Positions 1 through 12,990 of a stretch of 64,000 nucleotides of DNA are shown in pieces (position 1 is the stretch's first letter; each line of letters opens with the position of its first letter). Made by a program: the position numbers and the translations under genes. Source of the DNA: Marsupella aquatica (taxonomy: Eukaryota; Plantae; Marchantiophyta); the NCBI GenBank assembly GCA_973895155.1, contig OZ316894.1, positions 24,984,709 through 25,048,708 of the forward strand, in the 5' to 3' direction. The notes below the pieces were generated by a model. That model made no database searches, was not told the DNA's origin, and was given only the letters and a program-made list of their open reading frames with translations.

Positions 1-3000
1 CATAAATTTTTATTTATTTTTCCTTGAATGGAACACTTTACTGATGAGAAAAACCCCAATAAAAACAGGGAACAACAGGCCCTAACCAAAAAGGAACACA
101 GGCGAAAGACAAGTTTCATAAAATTCGCAAGAAGCCAAATCTCGAGGTCACTCCGTGACTGTCCTTCCAAGAGGAAAAGACAACTGATGGAGTACCGGTC
201 ATAACGAACAGCACACTTTATCTTGTAGCGGATACCAGGGACGAAACGAAAAGGGGGCCAAATTTAGCAGTAGATCTGGGTACAGTTGAGACCGGCTCCG
301 TTTTCTCCTGTACTACAGTCGACGGTGCCCCTAAACAGACAAACAGTACTCCGTAGTATCTTTTAGGCGATCTTGGCGGCGACCTCCACGGTAGGAATGC
401 TAACACAAGGGGTTCCCTCAAAGCTCACCTCGTATTCTCTTGTGGCTGTAGAGTACGTACGCAGGACAAGACTGTGTTGACCGCCAAAGACAATTCAACG
501 GTCGCCACAGTCCTGTAGCCTCCTTTTCACAACCGTCACCAAGGATACGGTAGTGGAGGACTCGTGTCTGGGCGAAGGAATCGTCCCTTTAGCTTTTCTT
601 TCTTTCTTTCCTATCTTAACGGGAAAATATGAGTCTTTATTTCATGATGCCGAGGAAGAGAAGTGCCTATCCAGGAAACAGGATCCCAAGCACTGGAGAA
701 TCAATAATAGAGTTTTCCACAAATTGCCAGAAGGCGGGTGAGTTTTTCATCATTTTGACTCCAGGCCGGGGTGATTAAAAGGGTTCCAACTTGATATGAA
801 CTTGATATGATTGCCCTAGTGCTTCCAAAAGTGACTTTACCTTAAGACAGCCAGAATTCTTGTGTTCTATTTTGCGGGCTACCATACATTTAGAGTTCAA
901 CTTTGTGAGCTGCCCCAGATGTCGTGGGCTGCCATGGATTTCAGAGTCACGAGCTCCATTCAATTGATTTCAAATATATTTCCTGACAGGACTGGTGAAT
1001 TGATCTACAATCATTCCTGATGAGTCTACAATGTTCTCCATGCACGCTTTGTGGATATGCACTGAATCCCACTTCAGCCTGCTCCTGGCAAGACTGCAAT
1101 GAAAGACTATGTTTCAATTATGTGAAGTAGTGTGAGTTCCATAAATTAGGGAGCAAAACAACTGTGGATCAGTTTCACCTCAACTATTCCTAGGCTGTTG
1201 GGTACTGATGAAAGACCCACCAAAGAAAATCCAAAGAAGGAGACGGAGAAATTTCTCAAAGGAAATTTTATTATCAAATAGGACTCCAATAAAACCATCC
1301 AAAAGGCAGCATAGGTGACTGTTAGCTCAACTTATGCCAAATGTGTCGGACACATATATAGACTAAAATAGTGATAAAGATACTCATAGACATTCAAATG
1401 CCTTCCTAGCCCACAAGAGCTCACTATGACTTCCAGTCTCAGGATAGAATAACATTCTGGCAAAGAAACCTGAAAAACTTGTAGTTGGGAGTCGCATCTG
1501 CTTTGAGGGGAAAACCCTCAGTTTTATATATTTTGTAATTTTTTATACGGTACCTAAGTATCATTATCCACACGTAAGCCACCACTGAGGACCATAATAA
1601 CATGTGCAGTGGAGACATGTCTGCAAAATCATTGCGGAACCCTTGAGATATATACATGAAGTGTGTGCGTAGTTGCTCACTTGTCTACCATTCTAGTGTT
1701 GTGAAGTAGCACTATTATGTTCTTTGTAACATCTGGAAGCAAATAAAAATATTTTTTCGCCATCAGGAATTGCAAACGAAGTTTACCAGTACGGTACGCT
1801 GTGGTCACCCTACCAGCCTTTTGTGGCCACTCCCCCTGTCCTACAAACTCCGGGAGTGCTAAATATTAAACTCCCACTTCTTAATTATTTGCTGGATCCT
1901 CTTTCTTTCTCCTATTTGCTGTAGTTGGACTCTTGGGTGTGTCACTTACTGTTATCTTTCAACTCTGTAGTTACTCATTGTCGTTTACCCTCATGACTGA
2001 ACGTGTCTGGTCTATCTGTGGTTGTTGGCCTTTTGCAGTCTGATCTGTTATTTCCTATTTTTATTGGAATTTATTTGTATTATAAGTAAAATGCTCCGTT
2101 CAAAAGTGAAAAACAAGTGATTAAACTCTGAAAGTGATTCAACCTGATGATGTACTCAAGCGTATCCACTAAACTGCCCTATCCTGTGAACTGTGTACAG
2201 CGTATTCACTGTGTACCGTACTTCGCATGCTTGGAGTCAGTCCACCAGCCTGGCGTGACGGTGGTACACTGGTACTCATCGCAATCGCCGGTATCCTGTT
2301 AGGAAAGATGCCGGCAGTTGGCAAGGCCAATGGGGCCCACTGCGCTGTTGACTGCGGCGTCAAGACGTCCTGGCAGATAATCGGTCACTGGATCTCATGG
2401 TGAATATTTATTACTATGGACAGTATCCCGTTTCTGTCCATCATAATTTTTGGAGCACCATCTCATTTTCTTTTAAATCATTTCTCTCTCGGGTTTTGGA
2501 TGTCGTGGAAACACACCAGGGTGTGTAAATGATAGGCCACGAAGACTTCCGAAGTGGGACCCCAAAGCGTACGAAGTGCTTCCTTTATGGGAGGAAGCCA
2601 AAAAAAATAGTGTACCTCAACTCTCAAAGCTGAGAATTTGATGACCTTAACTCCCTACCCTAGTTGTAGGCTACAGATTTGATTGATCTTAATTAACTCC
2701 ATAGCCACTGATTATGGACACAAAACTTACAACTTACCAGAAATTTAGTTTATAATATTTTGCCCTAAGGATTGGCCTTATATGCCAAATGCCATCATTC
2801 CTACATGACAATGGACATTGCCATCATTCATAATTTTGGAACTTTGAGACCCCCTATTCTTTTGTGATAGAATGTCATAGTTTTGAGATGCCCTTTGAAG
2901 CGGATGTTCTTAGAGCCACTATCCACTCTTCAGGGATGTGAGTCTCCTTTACAACTTGCTGGGCAGAGCTAAGATGACCCCCAAAATCCCCTCGCTCCCC

Positions 3001-6000
3001 CCCACGACCCCACCTCCATACTACTGTAGCATGGTCACAGTGGCGGGTGCCAGAAGTACATACCAGCAGAGCGTTTGTTTCCGTCATCTTTACTTTAGAG
3101 TGGCTGATAAGAAAACGGAGGGGCTTGGCGGCGCGGCAGAATGATAATGTGCTCGGTGCTTTCGTCGATTGATGATTGTCCCTCAAATTTTCCCGCGGAC
3201 AGCTTCAGTAGTTCAGTAGCACTGTACTTCATAATTTCGATTCTTCACTGTGTATTACTAGAAAGAGTAGGGTGCCGTCAACGTACGGGGAAGAACAGTC
3301 AAAATGGCCGTTCCCGCCAGTCCATAAAGTTTTTTCTGGAGCCGAAGAACGGACGAAATTTAATGGAGTTTTGCAATCGTGATGAGAGCACACTCGTCTC
3401 CTATCTTTGCGGTCTAAATAAACAAAGAAACATTGTTCGTTACAAGAACAAACCCTACTGCAATCTGTGTAGCTTTACACCAGTCTGACGAACCTGTGAC
3501 GTATATGTCGGATGCGTAAATACACGGCAGGCAGCCGGACATCGGAAACACAATCGTGTACAGTATAATCTGGGATAATCTCTTGACTTTCAGCTACAGT
3601 AGTAATGTGCGAGCGAGATCATACGTCGGTGGCAAGCTGGGAACTCGCTTCACTGTTACTCTACGCGTGACAAAATTATGTGCTTGCATTTACGATGACA
3701 GGATGTAAAGAGAAGATGGGACCTGTAAAGTGGATTCGAGAGTCTGGAGTTTGCCGTTTAGAGGCGAAACCGAGGAAGATTGCTGGCTAGAGGATGCAAA
3801 AGCTGGGAGTCCAATATCATACAATTCGGCTAATGTGCGGCTTTCTGGAGCAATGAAAGGACTTATACGGCAATAGACCTTGTGTTTCAAATTTCGAGTT
3901 TCAGTTTTTTATTCCTTAGGTGCCATGTCGGGGATGGCGCACCAACTTTCCGCCCAAGCTAATAATCCCGTAGAGTAAATCATAGGAGGGGCGGTCCATA
4001 TGGTCCATGCACAAGGGAATTGTGTATACTGTTTAGGTTGCTAGCAAACATTCACGCATGGGAAATTGATGATGATGCACAGTTTATGGTATAATTGTTT
4101 ACTCTAAGCTAATTCTATCAAGTTGGTAAGACTGAAAGTATGCTCTCATGGACCATATACACAAACCATGTAGCCACGATGGACAAATCAGGAACTTTCC
4201 TGAGCAAAGTGAAGGTGTGCCATCTGTCCATGTGCAGGTCTTGATACAGGGTAGATGTTTCAGGTGAGAAGAGGGCATGGGTTTTTTAGGGGCAATTTGA
4301 CTGGATAGGGCTGGGGTAATTTTGCAAGTAAGGCTTGAAAGGAAAAACAAATCTAAGCACAAGGGGTTGGTGGATGGGCATGCCTTTTTGGAAATGATTT
4401 TGATGGGATTCAGGGGGGTCTCTCTTAAATCTAAGGCATGGCGCAAATACTAATTTTCCAAGTATGAAGATGGAGGGAAAGGAGGGTTGTCTCACATAAT
4501 TCCTTTCCATTGAGATAACACAAAAGGACCCAGTTTTTACCCAGCCTTGCCAGGACCAAATTTAGTAATAGAATGTGAATAAACAGTGCCCATCGATCTG
4601 GGCTCCCAAAGTACATGGGAGCATACTCCCCAATCTCAGTCCACTGGGGGTTTAATTTTAGTGTGAGCCATGTGGTCTAGGCTTGAAATTACTACCTGCC
4701 TGCATAGCCTAAAGCACACATGAGTGGTGCCTCAATCTTAAAAAGCTCTGCCACTATGATCAGAAAGCCAGATGCACCCGGCTCATGGATTTCTATCTAT
4801 GCTGTATGGGTGCCCCAAGTTGTCCCAAAATTGTAAAGTAATGCCAAATAACATCTGACCCAGCCCAATGAGGCAAGCCGGTTGCAGGCTTCCACCGTTG
4901 GGCAGCTCTTGCCTTAGCCCAAGACCGGGAAAAAGAGCATCTGATTGGTTGGAATGTTCAAATGACCAATACATAAATTTGATTTGCTAAGGCAGTATTC
5001 AAGTCGTAAGCTTCATCTTTGGAAATTCGAACAGAATCCCCATCTGAAAAATTAAAAATTACAAGCAAATCCTACTTGACAGCTCGTCTTCCTGCGAATT
5101 GATTGAAGAGATTGTTGCTCAGTGTTCAACAGTATTCCCGAGCATGGATTACCGTACTGGGAATTATATAAGTGCAAATTTATTTTAAGGGTTTATGTAC
5201 CCTTATGGGTAAGCGCACAATTGCTTCCGCGTACACTTATTGATAACTGAGAGTCATTTTTACATAGAGTATCACGTTTAGGGCAGAGATTTACAATTCA
5301 GGAGGGAAATTAGGAGAATGTGAAATGAAAGGGCCCATTGCAAGTCAAGGCGTAAGTATTATCGATAAATGCAAGTGTCAATTATTTTGCACTTATGACA
5401 TAGTGGAAACCTTACTCTAGTTAAATGCTAATACAGTGAGCACGGAATGCTTGAGTGCATTTTCTAGAGGGAGACCGGAGACGACTGTACTCCCAAACGG
5501 GACAGCCCTCTTCTCCAGCGCGGATCCACCCAGGCCAACTTGCTGGATGGCTGGCTCGCTCGTCCCGTTAGACCGCTGGCTAACTCGGTCGTTGGATCCT
5601 CAGTTATCATGGCTCCGTCAGCCCGGAACGAAGGACAAGGGCTCAGGAGCAAACCCGCCGATATCCCCAAACCGGCGGGGCCCAGGAGTCCCGTGGGGGC
5701 GGAGTGCGGCTCGCACAAGGCACAACGACAATGGGCAGCAAGCAAGCCATTGGCAGTCAGTTGCGTGTCGGTTTTCGTCAGGGGGCGATATCGACGGTCC
5801 ACACTTATCTGCGAGCCCCCATACTTCGTCGTCATCTTCACAACTTACTCCAAAATTGGGATGGAGATCGATGGTTGAAATATGCCCCCCTGTGTGTGTC
5901 CAGCCACGGAGGCCGTCGATCGCCATTCAGTTGCCATTTACGCCGGATAAGCTTGAGTCGAGGACAGGGGGCCCAAAGCGACGGGGCAAAGGGGCGCAAG

Positions 6001-6709
6001 GCACGGCCGCGCAGCAGGAGCGAGGAAGGCAGGGAGGCGACTACTTATGAGGACTGCAAAGACTGTACCTGAGACTAATGATGTTGTGTTGAGAAGAGCG
6101 AGGAGGGGATCGTCGAAGGTGGACGAGAAAGGTGGTGGTCGGGTGGTGTATTCTTCCGTTGTTAGAGCGCATTTCGTCTCCATTCTTCGCCTACCTTCTG
6201 TATTCTTCACCTAAGTATCAATAGTCTTGCTCGGAAACCCCGCATCCCACACAAAGCCCGGGGTGTACACGCACGCCCACCGCGTGCACGGTTGGCTGGA
6301 GTTTTGACGAAGAAAGATTTGGCTTCGTAGCTGTAGCGCGCATTCCGCGAACCGCGTGGAAGGGTGTAACGAGAGATTGATTTGATGCGTAGAGCTTGCT
6401 CTGAGAGTGCGTGCTTATTTGTTTGCTTCTTGGGCAGGTCTTGCTTCCATTCTGCAGTCGAGAAATCAAGCTACTGTATCTATTTCCTGAGTGTGTGAGG
6501 AGTTTCTCGGTAAGCATTTCGTGTCTGCGTCAGTATTTGTGGAGAAAGAGCTATTCGGTGATCGTTGAAGGATATTTTTCATTCATGTCGGTGTGGGTGG
6601 TGGAAGCCGATTTCGTGTCGGCAAGTCGGCTTTTCTAGAACGAGAACAGCAAGTCGAGAAGGCGGAACAAACGAGAACGGCGGGACGTTTAGAAAAAGAG
6701 TTGAGCACC

Positions 6710-7339
6710 ATGGGCGCGGTTCCAGCGTTCGCAACGACGACCTCTTTCGTGGAGCGCGGTAACACCGGCACCACGGTAATCTCACTAGTTGGGAAGGAGG
6801 ACAAAGAACGAAGACAAGCGCAATTCGGGAGCAAGTCTGTCGTGTGGAAAGAGCCCATGCAGTTCTTCCACAGGATGAGCAGCGGGAAGGTAGTTAAGAC
6901 TGGTTCTAATAACTATCAAAAGGATCTTCAGGAGCTGAACAACAGCAGGCGATCGAAGTGGACTCGATTGTGGAAGAAGCTGAGATTCGGCGGCGTTGGC
7001 CAGAAGGTGCATGCAGCACGGCCTGAGTGGCTCAACTACGATGCTCAAAGCTACGCCATGAATTTCGAGAAGGATAGGGAAACGCACTCCACTGCCTCTC
7101 AGCCGATGCCAAAGATTTCCGGCCCTGGGGCTCGAGAGATCATCACCGTGTTGCTCCAGCGTTCCTCCTCTACGAACAGAAACTCGGGCTGCATTTTGAT
7201 CCCCAAACTCGTCTCGGTTCTCAGCCAAGAGGTCAGTGCGCCGCTGTGGAAGAGGCGCGGCATTCAGGCTCCATCATTGCTCGACGTCAGGATGAAGGGC
7301 TCCAGCACGAAGAGGCCAACAGTGGTCACCAATGCTTAA
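6710..7339 (+). CDS. Single-exon plant-specific uncharacterised protein with a W..LW....(K/R) / YDxxSYxxNF motif, about 209 aa
   Basis: First ATG of the 6593-7339 ORF is at 6710 (accATGG, good Kozak context). The protein contains SKWTRLWKKLR and WLNYDAQSYAMNFE, matching the YDxxSYxxNFD motif of a widespread small plant protein family. GC-rich, coding-like composition. Confidence 0.75.
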   Translation: MGAVPAFATTTSFVERGNTGTTVISLVGKEDKERRQAQFGSKSVVWKEPMQFFHRMSSGKVVKTGSNNYQKDLQELNNSRRSKWTRLWKKLRFGGVGQKVHAARPEWLNYDAQSYAMNFEKDRETHSTASQPMPKISGPGAREIITVLLQRSSSTNRNSGCILIPKLVSVLSQEVSAPLWKRRGIQAPSLLDVRMKGSSTKRPTVVTNA

Positions 7340-9293
7340 AGGACACGGCCATCATTCCAATTATGGGGACAAATTTTGTGTGAATGCTTCTGTCAAATTC
7401 GGATTCTGCTTACCAAAGACGTATTTCATATTGGAAGGAGACTCATTTCATTGTGGAATTTCCCGATCGTTAGCGCTTCTTCACGACATAACGATTACAC
7501 TTGTTAGGCGGACGGGAAGTTCAAGTCTTACATCCTTTACTTCTTGGTTAGTTCTAGGTCCGTCGGAGGGAATAGTGCGTAATTGCGCTACTGAGGGAGT
7601 AGCATACTATCGTTCCACGGCATCGACAATTATCAACGAGTGGTCTTACTCGCTTCTTTGTTGTTTTGTCGACGGAGTGGTGTGGATGGGCGTACTCATC
7701 TTTGTATCAATATCAAATGAGGATACCTTGGTATTACTAGGTATATAAATCTGCAGATTCCAGCGACGGAGTCGTCCGATGTGGTAGTCTCCGAAGCCAC
7801 TGCTGCGGGGCATTCATAGACAGCACATCATTGAGCACGCACCACTCTATCCGACCGTTTTAACGGATTTGAGTGCCAAGGGACTGCATTGTAAGTTTCG
7901 AATGTTGGCTAACGGAGAATTTCGCTGAACAGAGGAACTGAAGGCCAGCTGGGATCGCAGAATGGCACCAGGGTTTCCAAGGCTGGTGGTGTTCCACGAG
8001 ATGCTAGCCTGAAATCGTCTCGAAGCTTAGCGTTGTTCACAATGTCGCAGTTCAATTCGATGAAAGGGGGCCGGTACTTCGTCTGTAGACGATCGGTCTG
8101 ACGATCCCACTGCAGATTAATGAGGACAGGATTTTAGCGTTGTACATAGATTACTTAGTATAAGTCCATCAGATACTATGTTCCTCAGTGGACGATGATA
8201 ATGTTAACCAATTCTTTGTGGACCGTTGAGGAACTCCACAGTAACGTGAATAGTGACCAATTTGAGTACTTTCCGAGCGCAGTTCGTCATCGCTATTGGT
8301 CTTCCTTGTTTGTACTCATCCAGACTGGCTTGATTGGACTCCAACCAGCCTCCTCCTTTTCTCCTTGGAAAGAATTGCTGCTTAGTTTCTCACCTCCCCT
8401 TCCCGAGCAGAGGATAATTTATTGCTTCTTCTCTGTGCTGCCTCTTCTAGATCGTGGCCAATGTCTGTATTAAACTTGTGTGGGAAATCTCAACCCTCTT
8501 CACTTATTCATTTACTCTATAATTTGCTCAGTGCTGTGCCTCACGTTACTTCATGACGATCACGGGTTTGTAATCAATTGGTGATCAATTCGTCCGCGTC
8601 TCACTACTTGGTCTTGTGTGTAAATTTATTCTCGCTCATTTGTTGCGAAAACTATGATAAAGCTTCTTCTCTCTGAAATCCGTCTCCGTCGTGGTATGGT
8701 TTACTTGGTGCCCATTTCGTTGGGATAAGTTAACAGCGTGGGTACGGATGGCAAAGGTTCTCTTGCTGTAGCAGGGTCTCCCAATTTGGAATCGGGGTAC
8801 AGAGTATTTCCCTTTGAGTGTCCACCTCATCTCAACCGGTTGCCTAGTTGGATCATCGACAGAAGCGTTTCATCAGCGTTCAATGTCATTCGAGCGCCAG
8901 AACAATGAATCGTGTTGCCGTTTCTGGAGCTTGCTGGATGACGCTAGAACGACACACATGTCTCCATAGTGGATCGAGTCGTTGTTGACTACGTCACCGA
9001 TGTGGTTCGGAACTGGATTAGAGTGACTCAATTGCTTGTACGCTCTCGATTCCCGCGACTCGGCCAGCTACGATGCTTTGGAAGCACGGCCGGTGACATT
9101 CAGATTTACCTGAAGTCTTGAATTGTGCAATTTAGTTTAGTGCTGGTGCCCGAGGCCCCGTCGTGTCCGCGGGAGACGGATGCCCGCTTGAAACGGACAC
9201 TCCTGCAAAGAGGTTATCGTTACGATTGAGTCGTCTATTCCTTGCTAAGTTCATCGTTACAATTGAGTCCTCTATTAGAGGGGGGAGGGGGGG

Positions 9294-10042
9294 TGTACAT
9301 GAGTTATGGCTCAGGACATAAACCCACTTCCTTCCAGGACACACTTTATTAGGGGTGTCAAAGTTGTACCTGAGTTAAGGTTCCGGGTCACAACAGGACA
9401 CACCTTATTAGGGGTGTCAAAGTTGTACCTGAGTTAAGGTTCCGGGTCACAACACACTCTATTAGGGAGTGTCAAAGTTGTACCCGAGTTAAGGTTCTGG
9501 CCAGGACACACTCTATTAGGGGTGTCAAAGTTGTACCTGAGTTAAGGTTCAGGACAGGATACACTCTATTAGGGAGTGTCAAAGCATAGTTGTACCTGAG
9601 TTAAAAATACACTCTATTTGTCAAAGCACAGTTGTACCTGAGTTAAGGTTCAAGACATAATGCACTTAGGGCCAAGACACACTTACTACCAGTACAGAAT
9701 TGTTATGGGTTAACAAAATACATATACCATACCTGAGTTAAGGTTCAAGACATAAAAATGCACTTAGGGCCAAGACACACTTACTAAGAGTACAGAATTG
9801 TTATGGGTTACCAAAATACATATCCCACCCATAAGGGTGATAAATCCAAAAGAATAAAATAGTAAGCAAACTATTAGGAGAGAACTTTGACACACCCTAT
9901 TGCCTGCAAAGGTCATAGTTATTATTGAGTTGTCTCTTCCCTTCCAAAAGAATAAAATAGTAACCAAACTATTAGGGGAGAACTTTGACACGCTCTATTG
10001 CCTGCAAAGGTCATTGTTACTATTGAGTTGTCTCTTCCCTTT
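9294..10042. repeat. Compound tandem-repeat array: ~55-59-bp units, a ~110-bp duplication and two inverted-orientation units
   Basis: About 6 copies of (cagg)acacac..tattagg(g/a)gtgtcaaagttgtacctgagttaaggttc at 9335-9650. Duplicated acctgagttaaggttcaagacataa...caaaatacatat at ~9635 and ~9731. Two copies of actttgacac...gttgtctcttccctt at ~9883 and ~9983, whose core is the reverse complement of gtgtcaaagt. Confidence 0.85.
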
Positions 10043-12619
10043 TAATTAATTAAAACTTCAATTATTAACCCTACAATTGTGTCGTCTCTTCCGGTTTCAA
10101 GAAAGTGTTGCAAACATGATGGAGGGCAGTTATTAGAGTCACAAATACTAATAGTCTTGTGTGTTTATGTCCATGCTGATGTGGCATGCCCCTGTGCTGG
10201 GAATTTTGCAAGGGACCCCTAGTGGGGGTATGTAATTAATTAAAACTTCAATCATGAACCCGTCTCTGTTCTCCAATAGTTAAATCATTTACTTGTCTCA
10301 GTTCTCAAAGCTTCATAGTCAGTGATGGCTTTTGGCCATAAACAAAAAAACAAATGATAGGAATGGATTGTGGTTTTTGGCCACAAACAAATTACCATAC
10401 TAATTTCACATGGGTATGAAAATTCACAAAAAAAAAGACTTTGTCATAACTTTGGTTAACTTTTCCAATATCCAATTCTGAGGGTTGGAGACCCCCCTTA
10501 TTAAGAAGTTCACTTTAGCCAGGAACGGAGGTTTGATAGCCCCTATTAAGATTGTTCATTTTAGCCTGGACCATCTTCCCTCAGGTTGTGTTTGGGAACC
10601 AATTTGGCGGTTCCTTATATGCCTCTTTTCAATTTTTTGATGCAGAGTGCATTTATTTTCCCTTGTTTTGGTCATGAGACTCAAATGGACCATTCTTTTA
10701 ATCACATGGAGACAAAATAATAGCAAAGTAGAGGCACCTTGGACTCCCGAAGGTGTACTGTCCACCACAATTAGTGTGAGTGAATCACACTGTCCACCTC
10801 AATTAGTCAATCATCTCAATTTTTGTGAGCGAAGAACTAGTGACAACTCACAATTTGTATCCAAATCATCTTGTTAATCAGGAATCACACTAATTAAGTA
10901 TGTTAAGTCACAATATTTAAGGGCTTCTGAAAGTTATAGAAAGTAACAATCTGAGTTGGACAAAGATACCACGTAGGAGCATGACTGCAAAATTAAGGTA
11001 GTTGACCATGAGAGCACTGCGATGCAATATTCAATGACAATTTTTATTTTGTAGAAAAAGCCAACATTGCTTTGCAATATTCAATGACAATCTTTATCTT
11101 GTACTGAAAGTCAGCATTGTTGAATGCTTTCCCTCTGGAGACTTGGTCCACTTTACCAATGCTGTCCTTGGAGACTAAGATACATAGCTAAGTGTATTAC
11201 ATGGCTTGGCTTTATGTGCTAAGTTTGATTAAGCTCACATCCTTGTGCCTCCAAATAAGGTTGTCCTCCTAGTTACATTGCTATTGAATGCTATGGGTTG
11301 TGATTTTAGTGCTACTCAATGCTATGTGTTGTAATTTTTAGTGCCCTTAATATTCAAGTGTACTCAACAGCTTTGAAAGGTATTGTAACAAAAATGATCA
11401 AGTTAAGTGAATTCTTCAAGTCATTGGTTGCTTTTGCAAATGGACTCCCAGTGCTTTAATGAAGCTACTGGATTAAAGAATGTTGTCGCTAAATTTACTG
11501 AAGCTTACACTTGAGCTTTTAAAGCAAATGTGACATGAGCACTACAATTAGAGTGACACCAAGAGTAATATGACTCATGCTATTTTCATCTGTGACAGAC
11601 AAATTCAAGGGCTAAGCAATTAGTGTGCCATGTACATTGTAGCTAAAGTACTGCTGTTTTCAAGTATCAGGGAGAAAAGGGAGAACAGAGAAACCCTCCA
11701 TTAACTCATGAGATAATTGTGTATTGCTGGGTTTTGCACATCTACTGGAAGTTCGTTACTCTACGACTCATGATATATATCAGACTGCCAAAGAAGAACT
11801 CAAACGCCAAACCAGCACATAGGATCCCAAAGGCCAAAAACCCAATAAAGGGGGCAGGAAATGGGGAAAGGGAAATGAATAAAGGGGGCAGGAAATGGGA
11901 AAGGGAAATCAATATAGGGGGCAGGAAATGGGGCAGGGGAGACCAAAGAGGCCTCACAAATCTGCCCCAGCTACAACAAAAGAAACAATAGCCAACACTG
12001 GACCAGAGAAGACAAAACCCCCTACTCCGCAAAAACTGGTAAAACTTAAGCACAAACCCCTTAGGAGGGTCACGGAGAGGAATCTATCTAGAGTCCCTAG
12101 GGGGGTGTGCACTGTACACAATGCTCCTGAAGGTCTATGAATCTATGATGGAGGTATCCTTTCTGTCGAGCATGAGAGATGTTCACCCCCTGAAGAGAGT
12201 TCTTCTGAAGCTTCTGGGATGCGATTTCCAAGATGAAGCTTCTGGGATGCGAAATCAGAGAGAGTCTAATTCACGTGAAGATTCTGAGAGGTCATTCCTT
12301 GAGGAGAACTGGAGGTCGATGTACTTAGCTGTGGATGGAACCCCATACTAGGGCCGAGAGACAAAGTGCGAGGCACCTAGACATTTTGGTAGGCTCGCTG
12401 CGCCTTCTGGAAGAATTGAGAACCATTGGTAATTTGGTAGGGACACTAGGGTGCGACCAAGTGAGACCTCGTCATACGTGAACGACTTTCAACCACCCAG
12501 TCAGACGGGAAAGAAAACATATTGTCTTTGGAAACGGTCCAGTATCCAACGTACCGACGAAACAGTGCTGAGGTCATTTAGGCAATTCAGTTGAAGAGAC
12601 GAGTTGTGCGTACTATTGA

Positions 12620-12990
12620 TCGCAGGGAAGAAATCAACGACTCGAGGTTGACAAACAGATCGGGCGACGCTCTTCTGCCCGTGGTTCGCTACTGTAGACC
12701 TCCTTTCTACCTTTTCCAAAAGGGTTTTCGTTCCTTTCCATGCGCCATGGTTTTGTTGGCTTGGAAGAAATCAACGACTCAGGATTGAGAAACACATCAG
12801 ACTAGCCGATTTTGCATTCTAGACCTCCCAAAAGTTTTTTCCATGCGCCATGGTTTTGTTGGTATGGAAGAAATCAATGACTGAAGATTGACGAACACAT
12901 CAGACTAGAGGATTTTGCTTTTTTGCCCCTGGTTCACTAGACCTCCTTGCGACCTGTTCCGAAAGGCTTTCCCTCCCTTTACACGCGCCT
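12620..12990. repeat. Degenerate triplicated ~100-140-bp unit
   Basis: ggaagaaatcaa(c/t)gact...ttga..aaca.atc recurs at ~12626, ~12763 and ~12866; ccatgcgccatggttttgttgg occurs twice. Confidence 0.7.

Noticed and set aside
5436-6210. Overlapping 100-200-aa ORFs on both strands
   Set aside because: GC-rich promoter/5' region with no recognisable motifs; such ORFs are expected by chance at this GC content.
9335-9650. CRISPR-like appearance of the ~57-bp repeat array
   Set aside because: The units are contiguous with no unique spacers, there are no cas genes, and the context is eukaryotic.
11719-12460. ORFs in an A/G-rich tract (similar tracts at 1-700 and 31840-31990)
   Set aside because: Low-complexity sequence resembling reverse-oriented LINE 3' tails. 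No RT or endonuclease motif was recognisable, so it is not annotated.
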